From Tepidisphaerales bacterium (GTDB taxonomy: Bacteria > Planctomycetota > Phycisphaerae > Tepidisphaerales > Tepidisphaeraceae): DNA of 64,000 nt. This document shows, piece by piece, positions 28,046 to 35,463 of this stretch. A program made the translations under genes and the position numbers. Numbering within the stretch: the stretch's first letter is position 1; each line of letters begins with the position of its first letter. The stretch covers positions 10,011-74,010 of the forward strand of contig JBBROD010000001.1 in the NCBI GenBank assembly GCA_038229715.1, read 5' to 3'. Under the pieces are notes generated by a model, which saw only the letters and a program-made list of their open reading frames with translations, had not been told where the DNA came from and did no database searches.

Positions 28046-28084
28046 CTATCGTACGACGACCGTAAGTCGACGAGAGGAGGTCAT
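28046..28084 (-). promoter_or_regulatory. candidate ilvB leader peptide MTSSRRLTVVVR (three consecutive Val codons)
   Basis: An AGGTG sequence lies 6 nt upstream of ATG at 28084. The 12 codons and TAG are followed by extended hairpins and a GC stem with a T-run (27959-27991). Confidence 0.3.
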
Positions 28085-28125
28085 GAAAACACCTAAGTTC
28101 TACGTTACCAGCGGGTTACCGGCCG

Positions 28126-28656
28126 CTAGTGCGATCCGGTCCCGGTCGGTTGCAGCGGGGATGGGCTTGCCATCGCCATCGCGGCAGGGGCATCGTAGAA
28201 GTCAAAGTCCTCGCCGTCAAGATTCGGAGGCACATAGCCGGGCTGCTTGGATTTCTCGACCTCGTCCATATACGCATCGATCACTGATCGCTCGAAGAGC
28301 GTGCGGCAGTGGGCGTTGATCGGGTGAGCGATGTCCGCGTGCAGCTTAAACCGCCCGCCGGGCCCGGCGTGATGCCCGGCGTGGTGCCCATTGTGGATAT
28401 GCCGCTCAGCCCGGTGTTCGTCCAACCGACCGCCGCATTGGTTGCAGAACCTCGCCCGGAGGTGGTTCTTTTCGCTGCAGCGAGAGCATCGGTCGGTGAG
28501 TTTGCGGGACGGCATGGCCAGGAAAAGCCCGCCGGGGCCGTCGATCAGTTTAACGTCGCGGACGACGAAGGTCTGATCGAACGTGAGCGAGCAAAACGCC
28601 TTAAGCCGGCCCTGCCGCAGATCGGACAGGTTGATGCGAATTTCTGTCAGTTGCAT
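28126..28656 (-). CDS. spoVG: SpoVG-family protein with a zinc-ribbon/His-rich insertion and a C-terminal extension
   Basis: The likely start is ATG at 28656. MQLTEIRINL...LKAFCSLTFDQTFVVRDVKLIDGPGGLFLAMPSRK ... ADIAHPIN matches the SpoVG core. The insertion is CSRC-x11-CNQC followed by HIHNGHHAGHHAG. Confidence 0.85.
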   Translation of the reverse strand: MQLTEIRINLSDLRQGRLKAFCSLTFDQTFVVRDVKLIDGPGGLFLAMPSRKLTDRCSRCSEKNHLRARFCNQCGGRLDEHRAERHIHNGHHAGHHAGPGGRFKLHADIAHPINAHCRTLFERSVIDAYMDEVEKSKQPGYVPPNLDGEDFDFYDAPAAMAMASPSPLQPTGTGSH

Positions 28657-28765
28657 AACTATTCCCCGAAGCAAAAGAAGTGAAACTGATCCACCCGCGT
28701 TGGGCGGGCCGGGCAACCTTGCGGATGCCCACACTACACGCTTTTTCTGAACCGCAGACGTGTTT

Positions 28766-28929
28766 GAAAACCCGAATGACAAAACCCGAAATCCGAATCA
28801 ATGACGAAACCCGAATGACGAAAGTGCGAAGCGATCATTTTTCGTCATTCGGGTTTCGTCATTCGTCATTCATTCGGATTTCGAGTTTCGTCATTCGGAC
28901 TTCCATTCGGACTTCCATTCCGACTTCCA
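28766..28929. repeat. long hairpin of CCGAATGAC-type words plus a tandem ACTTCCATTC(G/C)G unit
   Basis: GAAAACCCGAATGACAAAACCCGAAATCCGAATCAATGACGAAACCCGAATGACGAAA ... TTTCGTCATTCGGGTTTCGTCATTCGTCATTCATTCGGATTTCGAGTTTCGTCATTCGG. It overlaps the 3' end of ispE. Confidence 0.8.
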
Positions 28930-29822
28930 GGTAACTGCTCGTTCCGCAGACCATCCGTTTTCGGTGCAAGGCGTACGGACAAAGCACGGATCCCGGTATT
29001 TCGTTGCACCAAATCCGCCAGCCCGTCGCCGGCGGCTTGGTCCTCGGCCAGCAGGAAGAGGCTGCTGCCGCTTCCGCTCATGCGGACGATTTGCTTGCTG
29101 TCGCGCTCGATTCGGTCGCGTAAAGCAGCCAAGTTCGGCTGCAACGTGAAGGCCGCCGGTTCCAAGTCGTTTACCAGCTTTTCGCTCAGTCCACGGGCGT
29201 CGAGCGATGCCCATGCGGCAAAATCGGGCGCGTCGTTCACACTTGCATCGTTCCCAAGATCCATCGAGTCGAACTGCCGATAGCAATCCGCCGTCGAAAC
29301 GTGCATCGGAGGCAACACCAGCACCGCCCAGCGAACCGCCGGCGGAGCCAGTGGCCTGACGAGTTCTCCACGGCCCAGCAGTACGGCGCTGGGGCTTTGG
29401 AAGAAAAACGGCACGTCGCTCCCGATCGTTGCACCCACTTTCATCAACTGATCCACGGCCCAGCTGGACTTTTGAAGCTGGTCGAGAGCGACGAGCATAG
29501 TCGCCGCATCACTGCTCCCTCCGCCGAGCCCACTGCCGTGAGGAATGGACTTCAGTAGCGCCACCGAGCACCCGAGTTGCTCCAGCGTCGAGCCTGTTTC
29601 ACCCACATACGCCCGTGCGGCTTTTGCCACCAGATTGCGATCGTCCACGGGAATCGTCGGCTCATCGCAGCGCAACGAAAACCCCGACACTTCGCGCTTA
29701 ATCACGAGTCTGTCAAAGAGCCCAACGGTTACCAGCCACGAACAGAGCGAATGGAAACCATCGTTGCGCCGTTTTCCGACGCGGAGATGCAAATTGATTT
29801 TCGCAGGGGCGAGCCAACGCAT
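28866..29822 (-). CDS. ispE: 4-(cytidine 5'-diphospho)-2-C-methyl-D-erythritol kinase
   Basis: The likely start is ATG at 29822 (MRWLAPAKINLHLRVGKRRNDGFHSL). The GHMP motif is IPHGSGLGGGSSDAA. The last ~20 codons lie in the repeat. Confidence 0.88.
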   Translation of the reverse strand: MRWLAPAKINLHLRVGKRRNDGFHSLCSWLVTVGLFDRLVIKREVSGFSLRCDEPTIPVDDRNLVAKAARAYVGETGSTLEQLGCSVALLKSIPHGSGLGGGSSDAATMLVALDQLQKSSWAVDQLMKVGATIGSDVPFFFQSPSAVLLGRGELVRPLAPPAVRWAVLVLPPMHVSTADCYRQFDSMDLGNDASVNDAPDFAAWASLDARGLSEKLVNDLEPAAFTLQPNLAALRDRIERDSKQIVRMSGSGSSLFLLAEDQAAGDGLADLVQRNTGIRALSVRLAPKTDGLRNEQLPGSRNGSPNGSPNDETRNPNE

Positions 29823-30009
29823 GACGTGTTTTGTACTCGCCCGACTAACGCTTTGCGATACTTCTTCAGACGTGCTGTACGACACAGTCAAAATACAATG
29901 TGTCCGATAAACGTCAACAAAAATCGGTGTAAGTGACACCCCGGACGAATCGAACGACAAATCGTCATTCTTGACGTCTGTGCGTCAATCTCAACAATCA
30001 CGGTCAGAC

Positions 30010-30588
30010 ATGAGCAAAACGATCAATCACCCGGCGCTGGCGCCTCTAAAAGCCAACTTTCCAGACGTGCAGTTCTTTGTCGCTGAATTCCGCGACATGG
30101 TGACGGTGGTCGTCCCGCGCGAGCACATCTTGAAGGTCTGCCGTTACCTACGCGATGAGCCGAGCCTTCGCTACGACATGCTGGCGGAACTCAACGGGGT
30201 GGATTACCTCAACTACCCCGGCACGAAGCATCGGTTCGGCGTGAATTACGGGCTGACCAGCATCCCCAACAACAACCGGCTGTGGCTAAAGGTCTTCCTC
30301 GACCCCAACCACGACACCGCCCCCGGAACGGGCCTGCGGGATGAAGAGCAGACTGAAAAGGGAGACCCGGGCCTAAAGGTCGACAGCGTCTGCGACGCTT
30401 GGCCGGGCGCGGAATGGATGGAACGCGAAGTTTACGACATGCTGGGCATTATCTTCGTCGGCCATCCTGACCTACGCCGAATCATGACGTGGAACGGCTA
30501 CGGCAGTTTCCCACTCCGCAAGGACTATCCGGTCCGCGGCGTCGGCGAGCGCGAGAAGTTTAAGATCGTGACCCGAGAATCAGTCTGA
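30010..30588 (+). CDS. nuoC: NADH-quinone oxidoreductase subunit C (stand-alone)
   Basis: ATG at 30010. The segments ...LRYDMLAELNGVDY...WPGAEWMEREVYDMLGIIFVGHPDLRRI...PLRKDYP are typical of NuoC (30-kDa subunit). Confidence 0.88.
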   Translation: MSKTINHPALAPLKANFPDVQFFVAEFRDMVTVVVPREHILKVCRYLRDEPSLRYDMLAELNGVDYLNYPGTKHRFGVNYGLTSIPNNNRLWLKVFLDPNHDTAPGTGLRDEEQTEKGDPGLKVDSVCDAWPGAEWMEREVYDMLGIIFVGHPDLRRIMTWNGYGSFPLRKDYPVRGVGEREKFKIVTRESV

Positions 30589-30670
30589 TTTTTAGCCGCA
30601 GATGAACGCAGATGACAGAGTATCAACTCTCTTATCTGCGTTCATCTGCGTTCATCTGCGGCTAAAAAAT
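30589..30670. repeat. hairpin of GCAGATGAAC words (TTTTTAGCCGCAGATGAACGCAGATGACAGAG ... CTCTTATCTGCGTTCATCTGCGTTCATCTGCGGCTAAAAAA)
   Basis: Inverted repeat between the convergent nuoC and ptsN genes. Confidence 0.85.
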
Positions 30671-30671
30671 C

Positions 30672-31133
30672 TTACAGCGCATTTTCCTGCTGCACGATGA
30701 TATCGAAAATTTCCTGCGAGGTCTTGGCCGTCGCCAGGGCTTGGCGGAACTTGTCCATCGTCATCAGCCGGCTGATGCGGGCCAGCGCGTGGATGTGCGG
30801 GCCAGTCTTGTCCGGCGGGCTGGCGAGCAGCCAGATCAAGTTAACCGGGCGGCCGTCAATCGCCTGGAAATCGATCGGCGTACCAGGCCTGCCGATCGCC
30901 ATCACCAGGTGGTCGACGCCCGGGCACTTCCCGTGCGGGATCGCCAGGCCGTTGCCGATTCCCGTGGTGCGCGTGGATTCTCGGTCGAGTACGGAGTCCA
31001 GCACCTTTTTGGCATCGGTGACTTCCCCGTTGTCTTTCAGCAGATTCACCAGTTCCCCGATCGCTTCCGCCTTCACGGTTGAGACGAGCGGTACTTTGAT
31101 GTTCGTTGGCTTCAGTATGTCAGTCAAACGCAT
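30672..31133 (-). CDS. ptsN: PTS IIA-type nitrogen regulatory protein (EIIA-Ntr)
   Basis: 153 aa. It has the motif TGIGNGLAIPHGK with the phosphorylatable His. Confidence 0.85.
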   Translation of the reverse strand: MRLTDILKPTNIKVPLVSTVKAEAIGELVNLLKDNGEVTDAKKVLDSVLDRESTRTTGIGNGLAIPHGKCPGVDHLVMAIGRPGTPIDFQAIDGRPVNLIWLLASPPDKTGPHIHALARISRLMTMDKFRQALATAKTSQEIFDIIVQQENAL

Positions 31134-31217
31134 GCGCCCACGCTCCGATACAAGTTCGTTGGCCGGTTCAAGTTGAAGGGGACAATGTTAACCAACCTCG
31201 CCATCGCGATCAAACGG

Positions 31218-31994
31218 TCAGGACGGTGTTTTCACCTTCGGCCGGACTTCCGGCTTTTGAGGTAAAAAGCCGATTGCGAAGCAAATCGCCATGACGCTCC
31301 AAAAGATCCAGAAGGTAACCGATGAGGTTGAATGAAAATCCAGCCGGTGCCGGTGTGGATCGGCATTGAACCACCAATCGAGCAGCAGTTTTGCGCCGAT
31401 CACCATCACCAGCAGATAGGCGGCGGTTTCGAATCGCGGAAATTTTTCAAGCAGCCGGATAAAGAGCACCGCCGCCACGCGCATCAGCGCCACGCCGATC
31501 ATCCCGCCGGTGATGACGACCCAAAGCTTCGGGTGCAGCGATCCGATTTCAGTCCCCTCCGGCTGAGGTCCGACCAGCGCGATCGCCGCCAGGATTGAAT
31601 CAACCGCGAACGCCATGTCCGTCAGTTCGATCGCCAGCACGACGGACCAGAAATCGCGAGTGGTGGTCCGCAGCGGTTTGGCCAGGTCGGCGGCCTCGTC
31701 TTCAACCTCGCGGCGCAGAAAAAAGTGCTTGAGCGACACCCACAACAGGTACCCGCCGCCCAGGACTTTCACGATCCGCCAACGGAGTAGGTATTGAGCG
31801 AGCGCGATCGCGATCAGCCGAAATACGAACGCACCGATCAGCCCGTACGTCAGCGCTTTGGACTGCTTCTCGCGGTCCAGCCGCTTGGCGAGCAGCCCCA
31901 GCACCAGGGCATTATCGATCGACAGTACGCCTTCCAGCACCACCAGAAGCCCGATGACGGCGATGTCGTTGGTTGTGAAGGTTTGGCCGAGCAT
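31218..31994 (-). CDS. TerC-family integral membrane protein
   Basis: 258 aa and multi-pass. It has the motif LSIDNALVLGLLA. Confidence 0.85.
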   Translation of the reverse strand: MLGQTFTTNDIAVIGLLVVLEGVLSIDNALVLGLLAKRLDREKQSKALTYGLIGAFVFRLIAIALAQYLLRWRIVKVLGGGYLLWVSLKHFFLRREVEDEAADLAKPLRTTTRDFWSVVLAIELTDMAFAVDSILAAIALVGPQPEGTEIGSLHPKLWVVITGGMIGVALMRVAAVLFIRLLEKFPRFETAAYLLVMVIGAKLLLDWWFNADPHRHRLDFHSTSSVTFWIFWSVMAICFAIGFLPQKPEVRPKVKTPS

Positions 31995-32100
31995 GGTGGA
32001 GAAGAATAGGTTGTTCGTTACGGGTTGTCAGTGGTGAGAAGTAAATAATATCCGGCAACTAGTGCAGTGAGCATTTCGATAGAGTGCGGTTTCTGGAATC

Positions 32101-32181
32101 GTCATCCTGAGGTACTCCGAAGGATCTCGGATTGCGAACGGCTCTCGACGTTCGAGATCCTTCGGAGTACCTCAGGATGAC
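32101..32181. repeat. palindromic repeat GTCATCCTGAGGTACTCCGAAGGATCTCG...CGAGATCCTTCGGAGTACCTCAGGATGAC
   Basis: Near-perfect arms of about 30 nt. The loop is ATTGCGAACGGCTCTCGACGTT. Confidence 0.85.
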
Positions 32182-32255
32182 GACACACGGTCGCTAACAT
32201 ACTACGACAAAAGGCGCGTTGCTCTAACAACCATTCTGTGGCAACTTACGCCGGT

Positions 32256-32885
32256 TCAGGTTCCGAAAATGCGATCGCCCGCGTCGCCCAGGCCGGGCAG
32301 GATGTAGCCCTTTTCGTTCAGGCAACGATCGACTGCGGCGCAGTAGATCGAAATATCAGGATGGGCCGCCTTCATCGCCGCGATGCCTTCGGGGGCGGCC
32401 ACGAGGCAGACGAACTTGAGGTTTTTCACGCCAGCTTCTTTGACCACCGAAATCGCCGCCGCTCCGCTGCCGCCGGTGGCGAGCATCGGGTCGATCAGCA
32501 GCACTTCGGTCTCGGCGATGTCCGGCGGAAGCCGCTTGAAATACGTGACCGGCTGTAGCGTCTTCTCATCGCGATATACGCCCAAGTGCCCCAGCCGGGC
32601 GTCGGGCAACATGCGGAGCATGCCGTCGCTCATCCCCAGGCCCGCACGCAGGATCGGGATCAGCGTCACCTTCCGCGCCAGCACGTGTCCGGTCATGTCT
32701 TCCAACGGCGTATGCACCGTCTTCGGCATCGTCGGCCAATCGCGCGTGACTTCGTACACCATCAACGAGCCGATCTCGTTCAATAGCGCCCGGAACTTGC
32801 GATGATCGGTGGATTTTTCGCGAAGTTCCGCGAGCTTCGTTTGAATGACGGGATGATCGAAGACGAAGACGTTTTCTAATGACAT
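32256..32885 (-). CDS. upp: uracil phosphoribosyltransferase
   Basis: 209 aa. It has the PRPP-binding motif LLIDPMLATGGS, and the C-terminus is GYILPGLGDAGDRIFGT. Confidence 0.95.
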   Translation of the reverse strand: MSLENVFVFDHPVIQTKLAELREKSTDHRKFRALLNEIGSLMVYEVTRDWPTMPKTVHTPLEDMTGHVLARKVTLIPILRAGLGMSDGMLRMLPDARLGHLGVYRDEKTLQPVTYFKRLPPDIAETEVLLIDPMLATGGSGAAAISVVKEAGVKNLKFVCLVAAPEGIAAMKAAHPDISIYCAAVDRCLNEKGYILPGLGDAGDRIFGT

Positions 32886-32889
32886 GATG

Positions 32890-32949
32890 TCGCACGGGCT
32901 ACCAGCCCGTGTCCAGGCACATTGGCATGGGCGGGTAGCCCATGCGACG
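32890..32949. repeat. hairpin GTCGCACGGGCTACCAGCCCGTG ... CATGGGCGGGTAGCCCATGCGAC
   Basis: Imperfect inverted repeat between upp and leuD. Confidence 0.65.
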
Positions 32950-32953
32950 AGAA

Positions 32954-33514
32954 CTACTTCATCATCCCCGCAGCCCGCGCGTAATCAAACACGCCGCCGG
33001 CTTCGATGATTGGGAGAACGTCGCCCAGCGGCTTGAGACTGAAACGCTTGCCGGAGGTTTTGTTGATGACGTAGCCGTCGATCAGGTGGACTTCGATGTC
33101 GTCGCCGGTCTTGAACTGTTCGACGAGGCGGTCGGTGGATTCCATCGGCACGAGGTATCCGCCGTTGACGCTGTTGCGGAAGAAGATGCGGGCGTAGAAC
33201 TCGGCGATCACGCAAGTGATGCCCGCCTCGGCCAGTGCAAGCGGGGCATGTTCGCGACTGCTGCCGCAGCCGAAGTTTTTCCCGCCCATGATGACGGTAT
33301 AGGCGCACTTGAACTCGTTCTGAGGCACGAACGGGATATTGCCGTTCGGCAACCCCATCTGACCTTCGGGAACGCCGCTGTTGGCGTACATGCCGAAGAA
33401 CTTTCGCTCTTCCGGGATGGCCGGATTAAACGAGAGGTACTGGGCCGGGATGATCTGGTCGGTATCGATGTTGTCGCCCAGAACGTAGACTTTTCCGCTG
33501 ATGACGGTTTCCAT
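32954..33514 (-). CDS. leuD: 3-isopropylmalate dehydratase small subunit
   Basis: The likely start is ATG at 33514 (METVISGKVYVLGDNIDTDQIIPAQYL...GKNFGCGSSREHAP). Confidence 0.93.
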   Translation of the reverse strand: METVISGKVYVLGDNIDTDQIIPAQYLSFNPAIPEERKFFGMYANSGVPEGQMGLPNGNIPFVPQNEFKCAYTVIMGGKNFGCGSSREHAPLALAEAGITCVIAEFYARIFFRNSVNGGYLVPMESTDRLVEQFKTGDDIEVHLIDGYVINKTSGKRFSLKPLGDVLPIIEAGGVFDYARAAGMMK

Positions 33515-33524
33515 ACGGCGGACG

Positions 33525-33611
33525 ATATAGGGGCAAGTATGCAGGGGCAAGGGGCGAGCGAAGAATCGGCCGAATGGCTTGCCCCTTGCCCCTGGATACT
33601 TGCCCCTATAT
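33525..33611. repeat. hairpin of GGGGCAAG words (ATATAGGGGCAAGTATGCAGGGGCAAGGGGC ... GCCCCTTGCCCCTGGATACTTGCCCCTATAT)
   Basis: Inverted repeat read directly. Confidence 0.85.
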
Positions 33612-33623
33612 TCTCCCCTGCAC

Positions 33624-33878
33624 ATGACTGTTTACGAGACAACCAGCCACAACACGATCTACCACTGGTGTACCAGCCGGGGGCTTTGGCCGGCGTGCGT
33701 GACCGGGAACCCTGATCGAATTCGTCTTGGCGGGGATGAGTTTTCCCCTGGCGATGAACGACTCGAGCCGATCGAGTGGTGGCGGTGGTTTCAGGAGTTC
33801 GATCGCCGGCAGCTTCAGCTGATTTACGATCCCTCCAAGGGCTGGTTCACGCTCGGCTCGCGACTGGCGCCGGCGTAG
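33624..33878 (+). CDS. small conserved hypothetical protein (84 aa)
   Basis: MTVYETTSHNTIYHWCTSRGLWPACV...LEPIEWWRWFQEFDRRQLQLIYDP resembles a recurrent small-protein family (..IR.WAE.RGG.PA......LE.ISW.EFF..FD...LAFLYQ). I cannot name the family. Confidence 0.5.
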   Translation: MTVYETTSHNTIYHWCTSRGLWPACVTGNPDRIRLGGDEFSPGDERLEPIEWWRWFQEFDRRQLQLIYDPSKGWFTLGSRLAPA

Positions 33879-34261
33879 CGATTGATTTTTCCCCAGCAGC
33901 CCAAACAGCATCCCTACACATCGCGAAATATCGATCGTCCAGACGATCTTCGCGGTCGGTCCCATTGCCAGTGAACTCCAAAGGCCGCGATTGCGCGCGT
34001 CGGCGGCGGTATCGGTATCAATGATGAAATCTCGACTTATTTGAGTTGGATTTCTATCAAGAGCCAACCGTTTATAGTTTCATAAAGAGTCTTGGAGTTT
34101 TTGCATTTGGCTCTGCTACGGAGTATAGATAAAGCCACCGCGCATCGTTCAGAGACCCAAATTTTTGCCGATGTTGTATTTCGGTAAGAATTCATTCGCA
34201 TTCGAGTATTTGCATCAACCCGACGGACCCAACCATTTTCGCAGTCGATGATGACGAGGTC

Positions 34262-34819
34262 ATGCTGGCGATGCTTCGTAAGCTCGGCGAGACGATGGGG
34301 CTTCGGGTAGCCGCCTACTCGTCGGCCGAGGCGTTCCTTCGGGAGTTCAAGGATCAGCCGGGATGCCTCGTCACCGATATTCATCTGGCCGGCATGAGCG
34401 GGCTCGATCTGCAGCAGGAACTCCTCAAACGTAACGCGACGCTCCCGATCATCGTCATCACCGGCCAGGCTCAAGTGCCCATGGCGGTCCGGGCGATGCA
34501 GAACCAAGCGGTTGATTTTTTGGAAAAACCATTCGATGTCTCGGTTCTGGGAGAGCGGATCCGTCATGCGATCGCGCTGGACACCACCAAACGTCAAAAA
34601 GCCGCGCAACGTTCTGACGCTGTGGACCGATTAAGCCGGCTGACTCCCCGCGAGCGGGAAGTGATGCTTTGCGTGGTCGAGGGGCTTTCCAACAAACAAA
34701 GCGCCGCTCGCCTGCAATTGAGCGAAAAGACCATCGAAGTCCACCGCGGCAACGTCATGCGAAAGACGGCGGCCGACAGCGTGGCGGAACTGGTGCGGAT
34801 TTCCCTGGCGGCCTCCTGA
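34262..34819 (+). CDS. FixJ/LuxR-family response regulator (REC + LuxR HTH); the true N-terminus is probably upstream of the first canonical start
   Basis: The phospho-acceptor context is CLVTDIHLAGMSG. ITG and EKP are conserved REC positions. The C-terminal HTH is LTPREREVMLCVVEGLSNKQSAARLQLSEKTIEVHRGNVMRK. The in-frame upstream sequence encodes PTIFAVDDDEV. Confidence 0.8.
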   Translation: MLAMLRKLGETMGLRVAAYSSAEAFLREFKDQPGCLVTDIHLAGMSGLDLQQELLKRNATLPIIVITGQAQVPMAVRAMQNQAVDFLEKPFDVSVLGERIRHAIALDTTKRQKAAQRSDAVDRLSRLTPREREVMLCVVEGLSNKQSAARLQLSEKTIEVHRGNVMRKTAADSVAELVRISLAAS

Positions 34820-35169
34820 TCGGCCCACAATTCCTTTTGAAAGGCGCTCGCCTCGGATGAATTGCCCGAGCTATAGGTAGAAGCTGGCCTTTCCGCTGGC
34901 GACTTGCTGCCAACGCAATTGTTGCAATAGGATAAAACGGCGCATTCTTCAAAGATTTTGGCAATCTAGATAGTTTTTCCACTAGTTTGGGGCACAACAT
35001 AATAGTATGATTCGCAACCAATGTCCTGAGTGAGGACTAGGAATGGGCGCAGGAGGAGCATTCACAAGTTTGCGTTCACACCTTCAACACAACGGCAGGC
35101 TCGTCGATTGACTACATCATGCTACGATCGGCCGCGATTTGTCTACATTGAAACCTTGAGGAATTCCAC

Positions 35170-35403
35170 ATGGCACGACGCGTCATCATGCGAATCGAAT
35201 TAACGTCGGCTGCGAAAGATCAGCTGACCGATCTGTGTCATCGCAACGGCATGACACAGGTGGCCGTCATGTCACGCATCACGGAGTGGTTCGCCAGTCA
35301 GGACCAACTGATCCAAGGGGCGATTCTCGGCCATTACCCGACGGCGATTGAGTCGGACGTGGCCAAGTTGATCCTGAAAAAGATGGTCGACAAAGCAAAG
35401 TAA
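35170..35403 (+). CDS. small hypothetical protein, possibly ribbon-helix-helix (CopG-like)
   Basis: 77 aa. The pattern is a beta strand (IMRIELTS), then a helix (AAKDQLTDLCHRNG), then a helix (MTQVAVMSRITEWF). Confidence 0.4.
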   Translation: MARRVIMRIELTSAAKDQLTDLCHRNGMTQVAVMSRITEWFASQDQLIQGAILGHYPTAIESDVAKLILKKMVDKAK

Positions 35404-35463
35404 TCCCCACTTTGCTTTGCCGACCGATTGCCAGGCACGCGTAAAACTCAATCTGAATTCGAC

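Noticed and set aside
28766-28929. CRISPR-like appearance of short tandem words (also 38556-38658 and 12769-12840)
   Set aside because: The units are 6-12 nt with no unique spacers of regular length, and the two halves are reverse complements of each other (hairpins). No cas genes are present.
31995-32255. Possible yybP-ykoY (Mn2+) riboswitch upstream of the TerC-family gene
   Set aside because: TerC genes are classic targets, but the minus-strand leader lacks the conserved GGGGAGUAG and UUGACAUA/AGCAAGACC elements. Most of the region is occupied by the palindromic repeat at 32101-32181.
33606-34067. 153-aa minus-strand ORF (TTG start) opposite the small conserved ORF
   Set aside because: It overlaps 33624-33878, whose product resembles a recurrent small-protein family. 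The minus-strand product is Arg/Pro-rich in the overlapping part.
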